Shown here piece after piece: positions 1-11,145 of a DNA stretch of 64,000 bases. Numbering within the stretch: the first letter of the stretch is position 1; each line of letters opens with the position of its first letter. The notes under the pieces are model-generated. The model was not told the DNA's origin, did not search any database, and worked only from the letters and a program-made list of their open reading frames with translations. Source of the DNA: an uncultured bacterium (lineage in GTDB: Bacteria; Chlamydiota; Chlamydiia; Chlamydiales; SM23-39); the NCBI GenBank assembly GCA_963716985.1, contig OY970323.1:64001-128000 (forward strand), written 5' to 3'. Made by a program: the position numbers and the translations under genes.

Positions 1-28
1 AAGAATTTGGCTTTCGTCTGGGCGAGAA

Positions 29-370
29 GTGAGGAGCTTTGTCGACGAACCGGCGGGAAGCCCGAAGTCCAGTTCCGAGCAATTAACAAGAGATCCATAC
101 CTTCAAGAGAAAAAAATCAACGAAGCGATGGCCCGGATATTCGCAAACTCCACTACAGCATTATCTGGCGTCCAAATGGGCGTGTTGTTAACAATGTATG
201 ATGTCAACGAAACGCTTGGACTGCCGGAATCAAGCGTAATGGTTATCAATATGAACTTGACCCAAGCACTTAAGATTGTGCTCAAGAGAAAGAAATCCGA
301 TGCCAGAAAGAAGGTTGCACTAAATATCTCTAGAACGGATCTTCCATTTTTAAAGACGCTAAAAATCTAG
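29..370 (+). CDS. hypothetical protein; 3' end runs into the IS1634 terminus, probably truncated
   Basis: 113-aa ORF with no recognised motif; last codons lie inside the IS end starting at 336. Confidence 0.3.
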   Translation: MRSFVDEPAGSPKSSSEQLTRDPYLQEKKINEAMARIFANSTTALSGVQMGVLLTMYDVNETLGLPESSVMVINMNLTQALKIVLKRKKSDARKKVALNISRTDLPFLKTLKI

Positions 371-2123
371 AATAAGGCTTTTGCCTCCAATTCTTTACGC
401 TCGGAAACAAGCTTTTTTCTAGTGACTATAACCATCCCCTTACAGGGCAATGCATCCGGTAAAGAAACTCCAGCCTTTTCTAAAAGAAATTTTCCCATTG
501 GCCGTGGTTCCGGAATCTTTTGATATGCAATTTGAGGAGCATGCACTTCCATGGTGCAAATAGATTTTAACTCTTCTATTCCTTCCTCAACGGTCAATTC
601 TACATCTTTCCATAAACGTCTCAGCTGATAGGCAAGCATATAACTCAACATCACTATAAAAACATGAGCTCTGGTGCGACTAGTGCTCTGTCATAGTTAA
701 AATTTAGGATTATAAGTTTGGCAACGGTCGGCATAAACTCAAGTCAATTTATCCTAAAATTAAAGGGTGACAGAGCACTAGCCTTTCGAACAAAAATGCC
801 TCGCATTTCCAGAAAGGTCGTTTTCATGGTTCTGAATGCAATTTCTACTTCTGCCAGGTCTTTATATCTGTCATGAATTTCTGTAGCGGAAAGATCTGTC
901 CTGTCGGTTTTGATGACGTAACATCCATCCAAAAAGGCTTCTTTTGCTTTTTTTTCTGCATCTTCTGTGATAGAGAATTTTCTTTCTTCGTTTGCAACAA
1001 AAACCCATTGATCGATACTCAGCTTTGAGGCTTTTCCTAAAATTTTTTTCCGAGAGCTTTCCAGAGAAGCTTTTTTATGCAGCGACAAGTAGAGATTTTC
1101 TTTTTCAACAAACTCTTGCAAGCTCTCCAATTTTTTCTCCCTGGAATTTTTGACCTCATCTGCCCGGACAGGATTGCGTCGCAAAACATAGCGGATGCCA
1201 TCGCTTTCTACTTCAAAAACCTTCTCCTCGAAAAAAGAAAACTGAATAACACCTTCTTTCATCAACGTATTGATTTCCGGCTTCGTGATGGCGGTAATGT
1301 AATGAAAATTTTCGTCTTGCAAAGATTCAATTTGTGCCCGTTTTAACATGCCCCGATCACCTACAAAAGTAACCTCTTTTACACCAAATCGATTCGCTAC
1401 TTTTTCAATTTGATTTTTTACCGTTTTGGTGTCATTTGTATTTCCCCGAAAAACTTCGGTAGTAATCGGCCAACCATCGGCGTCTGTCATAAGGCCAATC
1501 ACGATTTGCTTTTTGTTTTTTTTGCCATCGCGATTATAGCCGTAATCGCCAAGTTCATTTTGCTCTCCTTCCAGATAGCTGCTTGTCACATCATAAAGAT
1601 AAAAAGAGGGAACTTTATCTCTATATTTTTGAAGAAAAAGTTCGTTTTCAATTCGTGGTTGCTCTTTTTCGGCAAAATCCATTGCTTTGTAAAGATCCTC
1701 TTCCGTGAAAGCATCTAAATCAAGAACGTCGCATCCTGCATGAAAGTTGATCATGCGTGCAGCAGAAAGGCGTGAACCCTGATTTAAAAGTCTGGCATAG
1801 ATAAGCCAGAGCACCAATTTGGCATGTTGTGAATCTCCCAATGCTTGAGTAATCCCGATTTGTTTTGCTAATTGATGCAACATCCAGACAGCGCCGATAG
1901 AAGATCCTTGTCTCAGTTTAAAAGCAGTTCCGGAATCTGCCTGAGGCTCTTTTTTGCCATATTTCAAAGCTTGTTTCAATTCTGCGATTTCGTTGTCAGA
2001 ACACTTAGAAAGATTTGCAACTGTATCGTGTCTTACCGTACCGTTTACGCGATAAGAGTTGCGCAAGAGTATGCGCCGATAGGTTTTTCCATTTTTGGTA
2101 TAGGTTGAATCGTCGACAAACAT
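367..2123 (-). pseudogene. IS1634-family DDE transposase interrupted by a MITE
   Basis: Motifs YDVTSSY, GYNRDGK, FVGDRGM, VEIAFRTMK; removing 98 bp (MITE plus one TA) restores VRKAS-RTRAHVF and a 1659-nt frame. Confidence 0.9.
683..778. mobile_element. 96-bp MITE with IS630-type ends, copy 1
   Basis: TIR GTGCTCTGTCA/TGACAGAGCAC; TA duplicated within a CTAG target; near-identical copy at 30755-30850. Confidence 0.9.
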
Positions 2124-2263
2124 GTGTTTTTGAAAAAGTTTTTTAATGTGACTACAATTTTACTTTTAAAAAAATTTTTTGCAAGAATAAAAATGTAGTG
2201 ACCACAATAAAAATTCAAGCCTATAATTATCAAGTTCTTAAAAAATTTCACGTGGAAGATCCG

Positions 2264-2404
2264 ATAGAGAGTCCATGAGAGCCTACCATTTTGTTTTACT
2301 GAACCAAATAGTATGCGCGAAGCGGCACTCTCTATCAACTTTTTATTTTACAGATTGAAGCAAATGACTTTGGGCTATCAGATCGACAAATGTACAAAGT
2401 CGAG
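2264..2404 (-). mobile_element. Left-end remnant of the IS701-family element
   Basis: Reverse complement of 8218-8358, including the TIR and first transposase codons (MDSL). Confidence 0.85.
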
Positions 2405-2467
2405 GGAAAGTAATGAAGTTGAGCATTGCCAGAAGTTTATTATCAACCCTTTCGGCTGCTAATGCTC

Positions 2468-3421
2468 TTAAGAAGAGGTTGGAGGGATTATGGGCGTGCC
2501 CCTACAAGGACTTTTCTTATTCTTTTTCTCTAAAATCCACACAAAAGTATTAGGAATTCCATGAGCTGGAATTTCTTTTCTTACCTTATAGTGAGACTGC
2601 TCAAACATTTGCAAGGTTTCTTCATAAGTTCTCGTGCGGATTCCCAACAAGCCATGCACATAATCAAACCCCGGTAACATACCAGGACAGGCGGCAGATG
2701 GAGATACATTATCCACGTAGAAAAAGACCTCCAAGTTTGGAAACTTTTGTAAATAGGAGTTCATTACTCGAGTACATGTTTTTGTCGGGATGTCGTGCAT
2801 GACAAAACATTGTAAAAGAATTCCAACATTGGGCCTTCTTTTTTTGATGCTTATAATGTCATCTTTTTCAATTTGGATGATTTTGGCCGATTCTTCATTC
2901 AACAGGGAATTCCCAAATTCAATTGCTTTGGCATTCACCTCAATTCCTATCCCTTTTAATCTGGTTTTTTTGCAAATGTCCAGTAATTTTGTGCCAGACC
3001 CACAACCTAAATCACAGACCGTTCCATGTTGAGAATGAATTTTTTTTAATTCTCTAGATGCTTCAGCAACAGCCTTTCCATTGATAAAGCGATTTGAAGC
3101 ATTTATCTTTTTTGAAAAGAACTTTTCTTGATTGGCAATAACAGATCGATATCCTTCGTAAATAAGGCCAATGGAGCCCATATGAGAAAGAACTTCTTTC
3201 CCAAAATTTGTTATGTGGTAGGCGTCGTTTTTCTTAAGTAAGATTCCAGTTTTTTCTAGCGTTAAAATGGCTTTTTCAAGCGCCAGTGCGTTTGAAGGAG
3301 AGGAGGTTAAGTTTTCTTTGATCTTTCCTTCTTTTAAAATTCTGTCTATCAGCCCCAAATGATTTAATAGAGAAATAGCATGACATGCAACACCTGCAGA
3401 AATAAATACTAATGGATCCAT
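2468..3421 (-). CDS. SAM-dependent methyltransferase, MppJ/MrsA-like (2-oxo-acid C-methyltransferase-like)
   Basis: DLGCGSG motif I; N-terminal helical/wHTH region; FVMHD and FDYVHGLLG motifs. Confidence 0.7.
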   Translation of the reverse strand: MDPLVFISAGVACHAISLLNHLGLIDRILKEGKIKENLTSSPSNALALEKAILTLEKTGILLKKNDAYHITNFGKEVLSHMGSIGLIYEGYRSVIANQEKFFSKKINASNRFINGKAVAEASRELKKIHSQHGTVCDLGCGSGTKLLDICKKTRLKGIGIEVNAKAIEFGNSLLNEESAKIIQIEKDDIISIKKRRPNVGILLQCFVMHDIPTKTCTRVMNSYLQKFPNLEVFFYVDNVSPSAACPGMLPGFDYVHGLLGIRTRTYEETLQMFEQSHYKVRKEIPAHGIPNTFVWILEKKNKKSPCRGTPIIPPTSS

Positions 3422-3467
3422 AGAGCAGCTCAGATCATCGATTTTTGAATTTTCCTCGGGATAATAA

Positions 3468-4379
3468 CTATGGCTCGCTATTCACCGAAGGATTAATGAC
3501 AATAAAATCATCCTCACAGACAAGTTCATATAACCCGCTATCTTTCTTGCAAGACAAAATAAAATCCTCTATTTTTTTGTAAATAATTTGTTTTTTCTCG
3601 TCAGAAAGTTCAAGAAATTTTTCTGGCAAAAAACAATCATCGATTGTAAACAGAGTCACTACACGACGAAAATCTTCGTATCGAAAAGATTTAAAAATAC
3701 TACGAACGGGAAAAGTTTTGTGAAAAATTTTCAGTTTTTTCAAAACTTTTTCCGCCTCAAAACTGCTAGAATAACGAGAGCAAATTGAAGTCCGCAATTT
3801 ATGCCAATCTCCTCTAGGAGCAACAAGGACAACAAGACCTCTTCCTCCAGGGGAAAGGGAGCGATATATTGTTTTTAAAAAAAAAGCCCAATCCTTTCGA
3901 GCTATGTGATATAAAACATGCGAACAAAGAATAAAATCAAAAACTTTTTCAAGCCCTTCATCTTGGAAGTTTCCAATTTTAGCAAAAAACCCAAATTTTT
4001 CATATGCAGATTTATAGACAGGGTTGGGTTCAATAACTGTTGTTGAATCAAAGTATGTGGCCAAAATTTTTGTAATTTTCCCTGGCCCAGCACCAATGTC
4101 TAAAAATGTTTTTTTTGAGTTTAATTGTGGAAAAATTTTCGATCGCACAAATCGCACCAATAGGTCTTTATGATTGGTATTGTTGATAAAAACATCTTCC
4201 ACACCTCCATATTCACTTTCCTCAAAGTTACTAACGAGTAGTTGTTTATTAAAAATTCTTGTTTTTGAGGCATTTAGAAAAAAAATAATTTTTTTTAAAA
4301 AACTCATCTTACCCGGACCTGGAAATTTGTTATTTAATAAAGACAGAATGATTATGCAAGAGAATTGGATTTTATTCAA
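3468..4379 (-). CDS. class I SAM-dependent methyltransferase (start probably downstream)
   Basis: LDIGAGPG, VIEPN, FDFILCSHVLYH, LSPGG. Confidence 0.85.
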   Translation of the reverse strand: MNKIQFSCIIILSLLNNKFPGPGKMSFLKKIIFFLNASKTRIFNKQLLVSNFEESEYGGVEDVFINNTNHKDLLVRFVRSKIFPQLNSKKTFLDIGAGPGKITKILATYFDSTTVIEPNPVYKSAYEKFGFFAKIGNFQDEGLEKVFDFILCSHVLYHIARKDWAFFLKTIYRSLSPGGRGLVVLVAPRGDWHKLRTSICSRYSSSFEAEKVLKKLKIFHKTFPVRSIFKSFRYEDFRRVVTLFTIDDCFLPEKFLELSDEKKQIIYKKIEDFILSCKKDSGLYELVCEDDFIVINPSVNSEP

Positions 4380-4388
4380 GAGACAAAG

Positions 4389-5369
4389 CTATATGTCCGC
4401 GTTGTTTTTTATTTTATTATTACGGTCGCTTGCATATATCGCCATCAAGCCACCTATTGTTATAATAACAGATCCTATAATTGTGGTAGTTGAAACAATT
4501 GTTTGGTTAATCATCCAATTAAAGGTTTCATTAAAAACAGGAAGAAAAAAGCTTACTCCTGCAATGATTTGAACTTCTGTGTAATAAAAAGCCTCAATGA
4601 AACAAAATAAGGTTAATGCAAACAAAAAGCCCGAAAACATCATCATCATAATGGCGTTCCAGCTTGGAACATTCCAACCATTATATATGTCCCAAAAAAT
4701 TGTCCCAGTTCCAAAAATAGCAAACCCTATAAGCGCTTGATAAAAACCTATCCTTAAGGGCGGATCTTTTTGCACCATAAATCTAGTAAGAAAAATTACA
4801 AAAGCTAAAAGAATTCCAGACACAGTCCCTAAGGAAGCTCCAACAACGTCCTGAGCAGAAGAATTATACAAATACACAAAAACAACGGCGGCAATGCCAA
4901 TAAAAACCCCAGCAATCGCAATCCAACTCACATACATCCCAAGAAAAAGCAAAATTAACACAACCCATAACGGATCAGTGCTATAAAGCATTGAGTTGTC
5001 AACGCGATGGGCCCAAAATCTTGAAAGAATATAGAACAACACACAAATAATCGAAAAAACCGCTCTAAAAACAATAAACCAAGGAAGTTTACATTTAAAA
5101 AAATGCCGTCCTTTCGCAAGGCAAAAGGGGAAAAAAGAGAGCATCATAAAAAAGTGAAAAACAGTAAATTCGAAAAACACTATAGAAAGAGAGTTTGATG
5201 TATTGTCTCTTTTAGTAACCAATTGAAACAAAGTTGTAAAAACAGAATACAAAATAAAACCAACAAGCGTTAAGACAACGCCTAAGTGTCTCTTATCAGC
5301 CCGTACCTTAGGAATTTGCTCCCTATAGCTTTCTGCGATTCGAACAAGTTTTCGATAACCTATCAGCAT
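4389..5369 (-). CDS. DMT/EamA-family transporter
   Basis: About ten hydrophobic segments in two repeats; PLWVVLILLFLG pattern. Confidence 0.8.
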   Translation of the reverse strand: MLIGYRKLVRIAESYREQIPKVRADKRHLGVVLTLVGFILYSVFTTLFQLVTKRDNTSNSLSIVFFEFTVFHFFMMLSFFPFCLAKGRHFFKCKLPWFIVFRAVFSIICVLFYILSRFWAHRVDNSMLYSTDPLWVVLILLFLGMYVSWIAIAGVFIGIAAVVFVYLYNSSAQDVVGASLGTVSGILLAFVIFLTRFMVQKDPPLRIGFYQALIGFAIFGTGTIFWDIYNGWNVPSWNAIMMMMFSGFLFALTLFCFIEAFYYTEVQIIAGVSFFLPVFNETFNWMINQTIVSTTTIIGSVIITIGGLMAIYASDRNNKIKNNADI

Positions 5370-5533
5370 CTAAATTCCCTAGAAAATTTTTGAATGTTAT
5401 AAAAATAATTTAGCTATGTCAAGAAAAATAGAAAAAAAAGGACTCTTTTTTGAAATTTTCTGGCCAAATTTCCCTTGAAATACATTGAAGAAAATGAGAA
5501 AATGGACGAATTAATAAAAAACTGGAATGTTTC

Positions 5534-6223
5534 ATGCCATCAAAAAAATTCTGGACAAGAGTATCCTTAGACCATCTCCATACTCTCAAAAAAATAAACT
5601 CCGAAATCAAGGTTTGTCTTTTAGGATATTCTTTCGTAACACTTCCCGGAGTATTTTCTCCATCATGTTCTTCTGACACTGAATGGTTTGCAGAAAAGCT
5701 TATTCCTCATATTAAAAAATTAAGTTTTTTAGAAATCGGAACTGGCACAGGAATAATTGCAGCTCTTGCAGCTCTCAGAGGAGCCTCCAAGGTCGTTGCG
5801 ACTGACATCAATCCTCAGGCAATAAAAAATTCGATTTTGAACAAGAGATTGCACCATTTAAATTTTTCGATAAGAAAAGGAAGCGTGTTCGATCCAATTA
5901 AGCATAATGAACGTTTCGATATAATCTTCTGGAATCACCCATTTACATACTCCGAAGAAAAAAAATTCAAAAAGGACATGCTAGCTTTGGCCCTTTTTGA
6001 TTATAAATATGAATTTTTAAAAGAATTTCTGAAAAAAGCAAGGTCTCATCTTAAAAAAAATGGTAAAATTTTTCTAGGCAGTGGAAACATCGCGAATATA
6101 AAATTATTTAAAAAAATAGTAAAACAAGAAGGTTTCAAAATAACCTTGCTGGAAAAATCCATTGTCCCCGCATATAAGACCAGAAAAGTAAAAATGGATG
6201 TTCGTCTTTATGTCTTGGAATAG
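5534..6223 (+). CDS. HemK/MTS-like methyltransferase
   Basis: LEIGTGTG, ATDINP, FDIIFWNHPF (NPPF-like). Confidence 0.85.
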   Translation: MPSKKFWTRVSLDHLHTLKKINSEIKVCLLGYSFVTLPGVFSPSCSSDTEWFAEKLIPHIKKLSFLEIGTGTGIIAALAALRGASKVVATDINPQAIKNSILNKRLHHLNFSIRKGSVFDPIKHNERFDIIFWNHPFTYSEEKKFKKDMLALALFDYKYEFLKEFLKKARSHLKKNGKIFLGSGNIANIKLFKKIVKQEGFKITLLEKSIVPAYKTRKVKMDVRLYVLE

Positions 6224-6335
6224 GTACATTTCCTCTATTAAAACTGTCCTGGTTTGACTGCGGGAATCGCATGTTATAGCTGTTAAATAGTTTTTAGCGT
6301 GAACGTGTTTTAAATTTCAGATAAATTATTGGAGT

Positions 6336-6911
6336 GTGGATATGCCTATCGCAAATTTTGTTGAGTTTGAGGCATCGAAAACCCTGGTGCTTTTAGATGG
6401 AAAGAAAGTAAGTTTGGTAGTCCCTCCTAGTGAAATTCAAGCCAGAATCAAAGAAGCGGCATCTTGGATAGACAATGAGTATAGAGGCAAAGATCTAGTA
6501 CTCGTGATGATTCTGAAAGGTTCCATTTGCTTTGTCTCGGATTTAATGAAAGAAATCAACATCCCTTTCGAATTAGAGTATGTTCGTGGCAAAAGTTACT
6601 ATGCGAATACCCGAGGTCATTTTACCCTTTCTTTGGTAGAACAATTAAATCTCGAGGGTAGGCACGTTCTTCTTCTTGACGAACTTTTTGATTCTGGGAA
6701 CACATTAACTTTAACCGTCCCTGTTTTGATGAAAAAAAAACCAGCCTCATTGAAAACGATGGTCTTATTAATTAAACCTGAATCTGAAAAAGTAAAAGAT
6801 GCTCTTTTCCCTGACAAGGCACTTATTACAATAGGAAATCGTTTCGTTATTGGTTATGGTCTAGATTATTTTGAAAAATATAGAGGATTACGTGGTATTT
6901 ATGCGCTCTAG
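6336..6911 (+). CDS. hpt: hypoxanthine phosphoribosyltransferase
   Basis: ILKGS, VLLLDELFDSGNTL PRPP motif, FVIGYGLDY..YRGL. Confidence 0.85.
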   Translation: MDMPIANFVEFEASKTLVLLDGKKVSLVVPPSEIQARIKEAASWIDNEYRGKDLVLVMILKGSICFVSDLMKEINIPFELEYVRGKSYYANTRGHFTLSLVEQLNLEGRHVLLLDELFDSGNTLTLTVPVLMKKKPASLKTMVLLIKPESEKVKDALFPDKALITIGNRFVIGYGLDYFEKYRGLRGIYAL

Positions 6912-7092
6912 TACAGCTTAACAAAATAATTTTTTATCATATGGTCGGATAGAGTTTTTTGAGTTTTATCTTGGCGTCACTCGTTGTAAACTGCCAATCA
7001 CGGCGAATCGTTGCCTCGTTCCTGGCACGCTCCCAAGGTTTGACTTCTTGCACCAGCTTTTCTTGAGTAGGGATTCTTCTGTTGAGACACTG
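6909..7092 (-). pseudogene. IS630-family transposase C-terminal remnant with element end
   Basis: RQCLNRRIP...WERARN...WQFTTSDAKIKLKKLYP; ends at a CTAG overlapping the hpt stop. Confidence 0.8.
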
Positions 7093-7223
7093 CCTTGGTT
7101 CTTGGGAACATCTGTATTTTAAGAGCATCTTTCTCACCATTCCCAAAAGGCCTTTTGCCGACAAGGGCAAAGATTTAGTTTTTTTGACAGGAATGGAAAA
7201 TTTTGATAGATTCGGCTTGATAG

Positions 7224-7664
7224 GTGTTTCAGATGGCTTTAATGAGCACATGGAGTTTTTTTTATTGTGGAGCTGCCTCCATCACATGGTGCTTAGGAAC
7301 CATGATGGGTATGATGTTTATTGAATCGATAAGAGATATTCATAAGAAACAGCGACTCCTTGCAAAATTCCAATTCAAAAGCTTGCGGCTCATTTTTCTT
7401 ACATGTTGGACCATATCCTGGCTGTTTTCTCTTTTGATTTTTCAAACTGGAAAATTTCACTTGTTGAACATGATTATCGGGGCACCCTTATTTCTCGTTA
7501 CTGCGCTTTCAATTTGGCAATTGGCCAAAAAATTACCCAAAAGTCCGATGAGTCCTCATGAAAGAAAGAAAATCTTTGTGCAATTTATTGTCGGAACCAT
7601 TGCGCTTGCATTTTTGATTCTGTTGCAATTATTTTCAGGTATCTCTAATGGGAGCTACATTTGA
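7224..7664 (+). CDS. hypothetical membrane protein, possibly 5'-truncated
   Basis: Four hydrophobic segments. Confidence 0.45.
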   Translation: MFQMALMSTWSFFYCGAASITWCLGTMMGMMFIESIRDIHKKQRLLAKFQFKSLRLIFLTCWTISWLFSLLIFQTGKFHLLNMIIGAPLFLVTALSIWQLAKKLPKSPMSPHERKKIFVQFIVGTIALAFLILLQLFSGISNGSYI

Positions 7665-7794
7665 TTGTTTTGCTCGTAAGCGGAGAGGGGATGAAAATAA
7701 GCAAAACCCCAAAAGAAGCAGCCACCTTGATGATAAAGAGTATAACCTGCAAGTCGATCTAACCTCTCTTCACCAAGATGCATTTCACTCTCGT

Positions 7795-8217
7795 TCATTC
7801 ATAGCTCTTTTTCATATTTGTCTGAATGCATCTAGCTACGGATGCTTTGGAAATGACCGTAGTAGCTGAGAAAAGATTTTTAATGCCAATAATCATCAGC
7901 ATTTGCTCGGGAGCGGAAAAATGATCCAGTCCAAGCATATGCACATAAGTGGGCGATGCAATGCCTGTAGCTTGAAGGGAGATCACTAAAGACAAAACCG
8001 TGATGATCATCGAAAATATCCGATAGTTTTTAGGATCTCTTTTATCCACAATAATTCCCTGGATTGGAGCTACAAGCGATTGACAGCCAAGAAAAACAAA
8101 AAAGATCCATGCAGGAGAAGCAACTTTCAATGCCATGTAAATTAAAGCAACATCAACTGCCAGATCTATCAGCATATCAAACATCGCTCGAATCGAAACA
8201 GGCTCGGAAAATAGAAT
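7795..8217 (-). pseudogene. membrane protein (MFS-like fragment) cut at its 5' side by IS701
   Basis: Hydrophobic helices; APIQGIIVDKR resembles MFS motif A; annotated start lies inside the IS end. Confidence 0.45.
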
Positions 8218-9739
8218 CTCGACTTTGTACATTTTTCGATCTGATAGCCCAAAGTCATTTGCTTCAATCTGTAAAATAAAAAGTTGATAGAGAGTGCCGC
8301 TTCGCGCATACTATTTGGTTCAGTAAAACAAAATGGTAGGCTCTCATGGACTCTCTATCGTCAAACATTTTAGCAGTACTCATCCCTTTTTCAGTACTTT
8401 TTTCAAATCCTTCTTGGAAAAAAGCTCTGACCTTATTACTTGGCACGCTTTTATGCACTGGCAAGAGAACCGTGTGCGCGGCTCTGCGCGCAATGGGTCT
8501 TGAGCATCAGGCGGGTTTTTCAAAGTACCATCACCTTTTAAACCGGGCGGAATGGTCGTCACTCAAGGCAGCGAAAATCCTATTCTTTATGTTGCTTATC
8601 TTTGTCTCCGATCAGCATCCTTTGGTTCTGCTCATTGACGAGACATTGGAGCGCAGGCGTGGCAAGAAGATAAAAGCAAAGGGCTATTATCGAGATGCGG
8701 TTCGATCGTCACAGTCTCGAGTGGTCAAAGCCATGGGTTTGAAGTGGCAGGTTATGGCGCTCTCTGTGAAATTGCCGTTTATGTCGAGAGCACTTGCATT
8801 GCCTTTTTTGAGTGCACTGGAGCCTTCTAAAAAATGTGATGAAGCGAAGAAACGTCGGCACAAAACCTCATTAAAATGGGCGAGTCAGATGGTCTTACAG
8901 GTGCGTCGATGGGTAGGTAAGGCGCGATCACTAATTCTTGTTGGCGATGGAGGATATGCTGCGGGACAGTTGGCTCTGAACTGTATCTGTTCTGGGGTGA
9001 CTCTTGTTTCGCGACTGAAAATGAATGCAGCCCTGTTCGATTTCCCGGCCGAAAAGCGTCCCGGTCAAAGGGGACGTACAGCACAGAAGGGCGTCAAATT
9101 GAAAAATTTTAAAGAGATGCTATCTCTGAAGGGATTGCCCTGGAAAGAAATGGAAGTAGTCGGTTACGGCGGAGAGAAACGGGTAGCTCGCGTGCTGTCT
9201 AACACATGTATGTGGGGAGCCGATGGAGTGACTCCTATTCCCATCCGATGGACTTTGGTGGTGGATCCTACAGGAAAACTTGATCCTCTACCTCTTATGA
9301 GCACAGATCCACTCATGACGGCAGAACGTATGATAGAATTATTTATCGATCGCTGGGGACTTGAGGTCACATTCGAGGAAACACGTGAACATCTTGGCGT
9401 AGAGACCCAGCGGCAATGGTCGGATCGAGCAATAGCCCGATCGACTCCCATACTGATGGGGCTATATAGTTGTGTATGCCTAATGGCAAATCGATTGGGA
9501 CAGGTAAAGTTGCTGAAAGTAGAGGCAACTGCTTGGCACCAAAAAGAGCACGTCACATTTTCCGATATGTTGAGGGCCGTGCGCATGGTAATATGGAGGG
9601 ATAATTTAATTTCCGGGAAGGCTAAAATCACCCCTTCCGTGGAAAATATTACTCCGGAAATGGTGGATTGGATGGATGATATAGTAAGGCGAGTGCTTCA
9701 GGCGGCCTGAGCTAAGCCGCTAAAAGTTGCAAAGTCGAG
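8218..9739 (+). mobile_element. IS701-family insertion sequence
   Basis: TIR CTCGACTTTG/CAAAGTCGAG around one transposase ORF. Confidence 0.85.
8346..9710 (+). CDS. IS701-family DDE transposase
   Basis: LIDET, VGDGGY, RWGLEVTFEETREHLG. Confidence 0.85.
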   Translation: MDSLSSNILAVLIPFSVLFSNPSWKKALTLLLGTLLCTGKRTVCAALRAMGLEHQAGFSKYHHLLNRAEWSSLKAAKILFFMLLIFVSDQHPLVLLIDETLERRRGKKIKAKGYYRDAVRSSQSRVVKAMGLKWQVMALSVKLPFMSRALALPFLSALEPSKKCDEAKKRRHKTSLKWASQMVLQVRRWVGKARSLILVGDGGYAAGQLALNCICSGVTLVSRLKMNAALFDFPAEKRPGQRGRTAQKGVKLKNFKEMLSLKGLPWKEMEVVGYGGEKRVARVLSNTCMWGADGVTPIPIRWTLVVDPTGKLDPLPLMSTDPLMTAERMIELFIDRWGLEVTFEETREHLGVETQRQWSDRAIARSTPILMGLYSCVCLMANRLGQVKLLKVEATAWHQKEHVTFSDMLRAVRMVIWRDNLISGKAKITPSVENITPEMVDWMDDIVRRVLQAA

Positions 9740-10842
9740 AGAACAGCTTTATGAAATGGGAATCGACATTTCCCCGGCGCAACTCAGCAATATTCTGATT
9801 CAGAACAAAGAAAGCTTTCACCAAGAAAAAGAAGAGATTCTCAAAGCCGGCCTGGTTTTCAGTAAATTTCTTAATGCAGATGATACGGGTGCAAGACACG
9901 ATGGGAAGAACGGATACTGCACAGCCATCGGCAGTCCTTTGTTTACCTACTTTGAAAGCACAGGTTCTAAAAGTCGAATCAATTTTTTAAAAATCTTGCA
10001 GGGCAAGGAAGAATTGTATGCTCTAACGGAAGAGGCCATAAATTATGCTTTCGAGCATGGGATTGGAGAAAAATCTCTCGCAGCTCTGGAGAAGCATAAA
10101 GGTAAACAATTTCAAGAAAGCGCTTTTTGGGAAAATTTTCTTAAAAAACAAAAAATCGAATCTGAAAAAGATCGTAGAATTGCTACTGAAGCGGCTCTTT
10201 TAGGCGGGGCTTTGGAAAAAGGAGTCAACCCATTTCTGATTACGATAAGTGATGCTGCAAGACAGTTTGCAATTTTTCTAAATGGGCTTTGTTGGGTCCA
10301 TGAAGAACGTCATTATCGAAAACTGATTCCTCTATCAGATGTTGAAAAAATAGAGCTTGAAATGGTTCGTTCAGATATTTGGGATTTTTATGAAGCGCTG
10401 AAAGAATACAAGAAAAAACCGACTCTTGTCCTGCAGAAAACTCTTGAAGATCGATTCGATCAGATTTTCGGCAAAGCATACAAAAGTGCAGCCATAAATT
10501 CACTTCTTGCGAATACCCGGTCAAGAAAAGACGGGCTCTTGCTCGTCCTTAAGTATCCATTTATTCCTCTTCATAACAATGACTGCGAAAGAGATATCCG
10601 TGAATATGCAAAGCGGAGAAAGATCTCTGGAGGCACACGAAGCGAAGCTGGCCGCAAAGCCAGAGACACTTTTGCAAGTCTCAAGAAAACCTGCATGAAA
10701 TTAGGCATCAGTTTTTGTGACTATTTGAAAGACAGGCTTGTAAATGCAAAAAAAATTCCCCGGATGAAAGATCTTATTGAACAAAAATCACAGGCATCGC
10801 CGGCAAGTTTTTAGTTTTTCCCAGACGTTTTTGAGAACTTAC
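9740..10842 (+). mobile_element. 5'-truncated IS66-family element (transposase ORF 9756-10814)
   Basis: ADDTG, LCWVHEER, PLHNNDCERDIR, SGGTRS; right end TTGAGAACTTAC (GTAA terminus); begins abruptly at the IS701 end. Confidence 0.85.
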
Positions 10843-10908
10843 GATTCACCCTACTGTAAGGGTGGTCTTGTTAGTGAAGACAACTTATCATAGCAGCCTC
10901 GTGTCGCA

Positions 10909-11090
10909 CTGGTATTTGCAATCCCATTTAGAATGGGCTAAACTTTCGTATGACGATGTTGTCATAAAATCTCCTTTGTTGACCGTCAAGCCAACAAAAA
11001 AGATACAACATCGTCTTTTGTCTTTTCACTGAATCTAAAGGCCAAGCCTTGAGAGTCCACTGGTCAAACCAGTGGCTTACCTATCAGCCA
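10909..11090 (-). pseudogene. IS200-like tnpA N-terminal remnant with terminal hairpin
   Basis: MTTSSYESLAHSKWDCKY from ATG at 10965; hairpin CCACTGGT-CAA-ACCAGTGG at 11057-11075. Confidence 0.7.
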
Positions 11091-11145
11091 GTTAGACTTA
11101 AAAATCTTTTGGCGTAAAGATTGATTTGAGTATGCTGATATTCGA

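Larger units (their letters stand above)
336..2263 (-). mobile_element. IS1634-family insertion sequence
   Basis: Inverted termini CGGATCTTCCA (336-346) / TGGAAGATCCG (2253-2263) around the transposase; no target duplication resolved. Confidence 0.75.
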
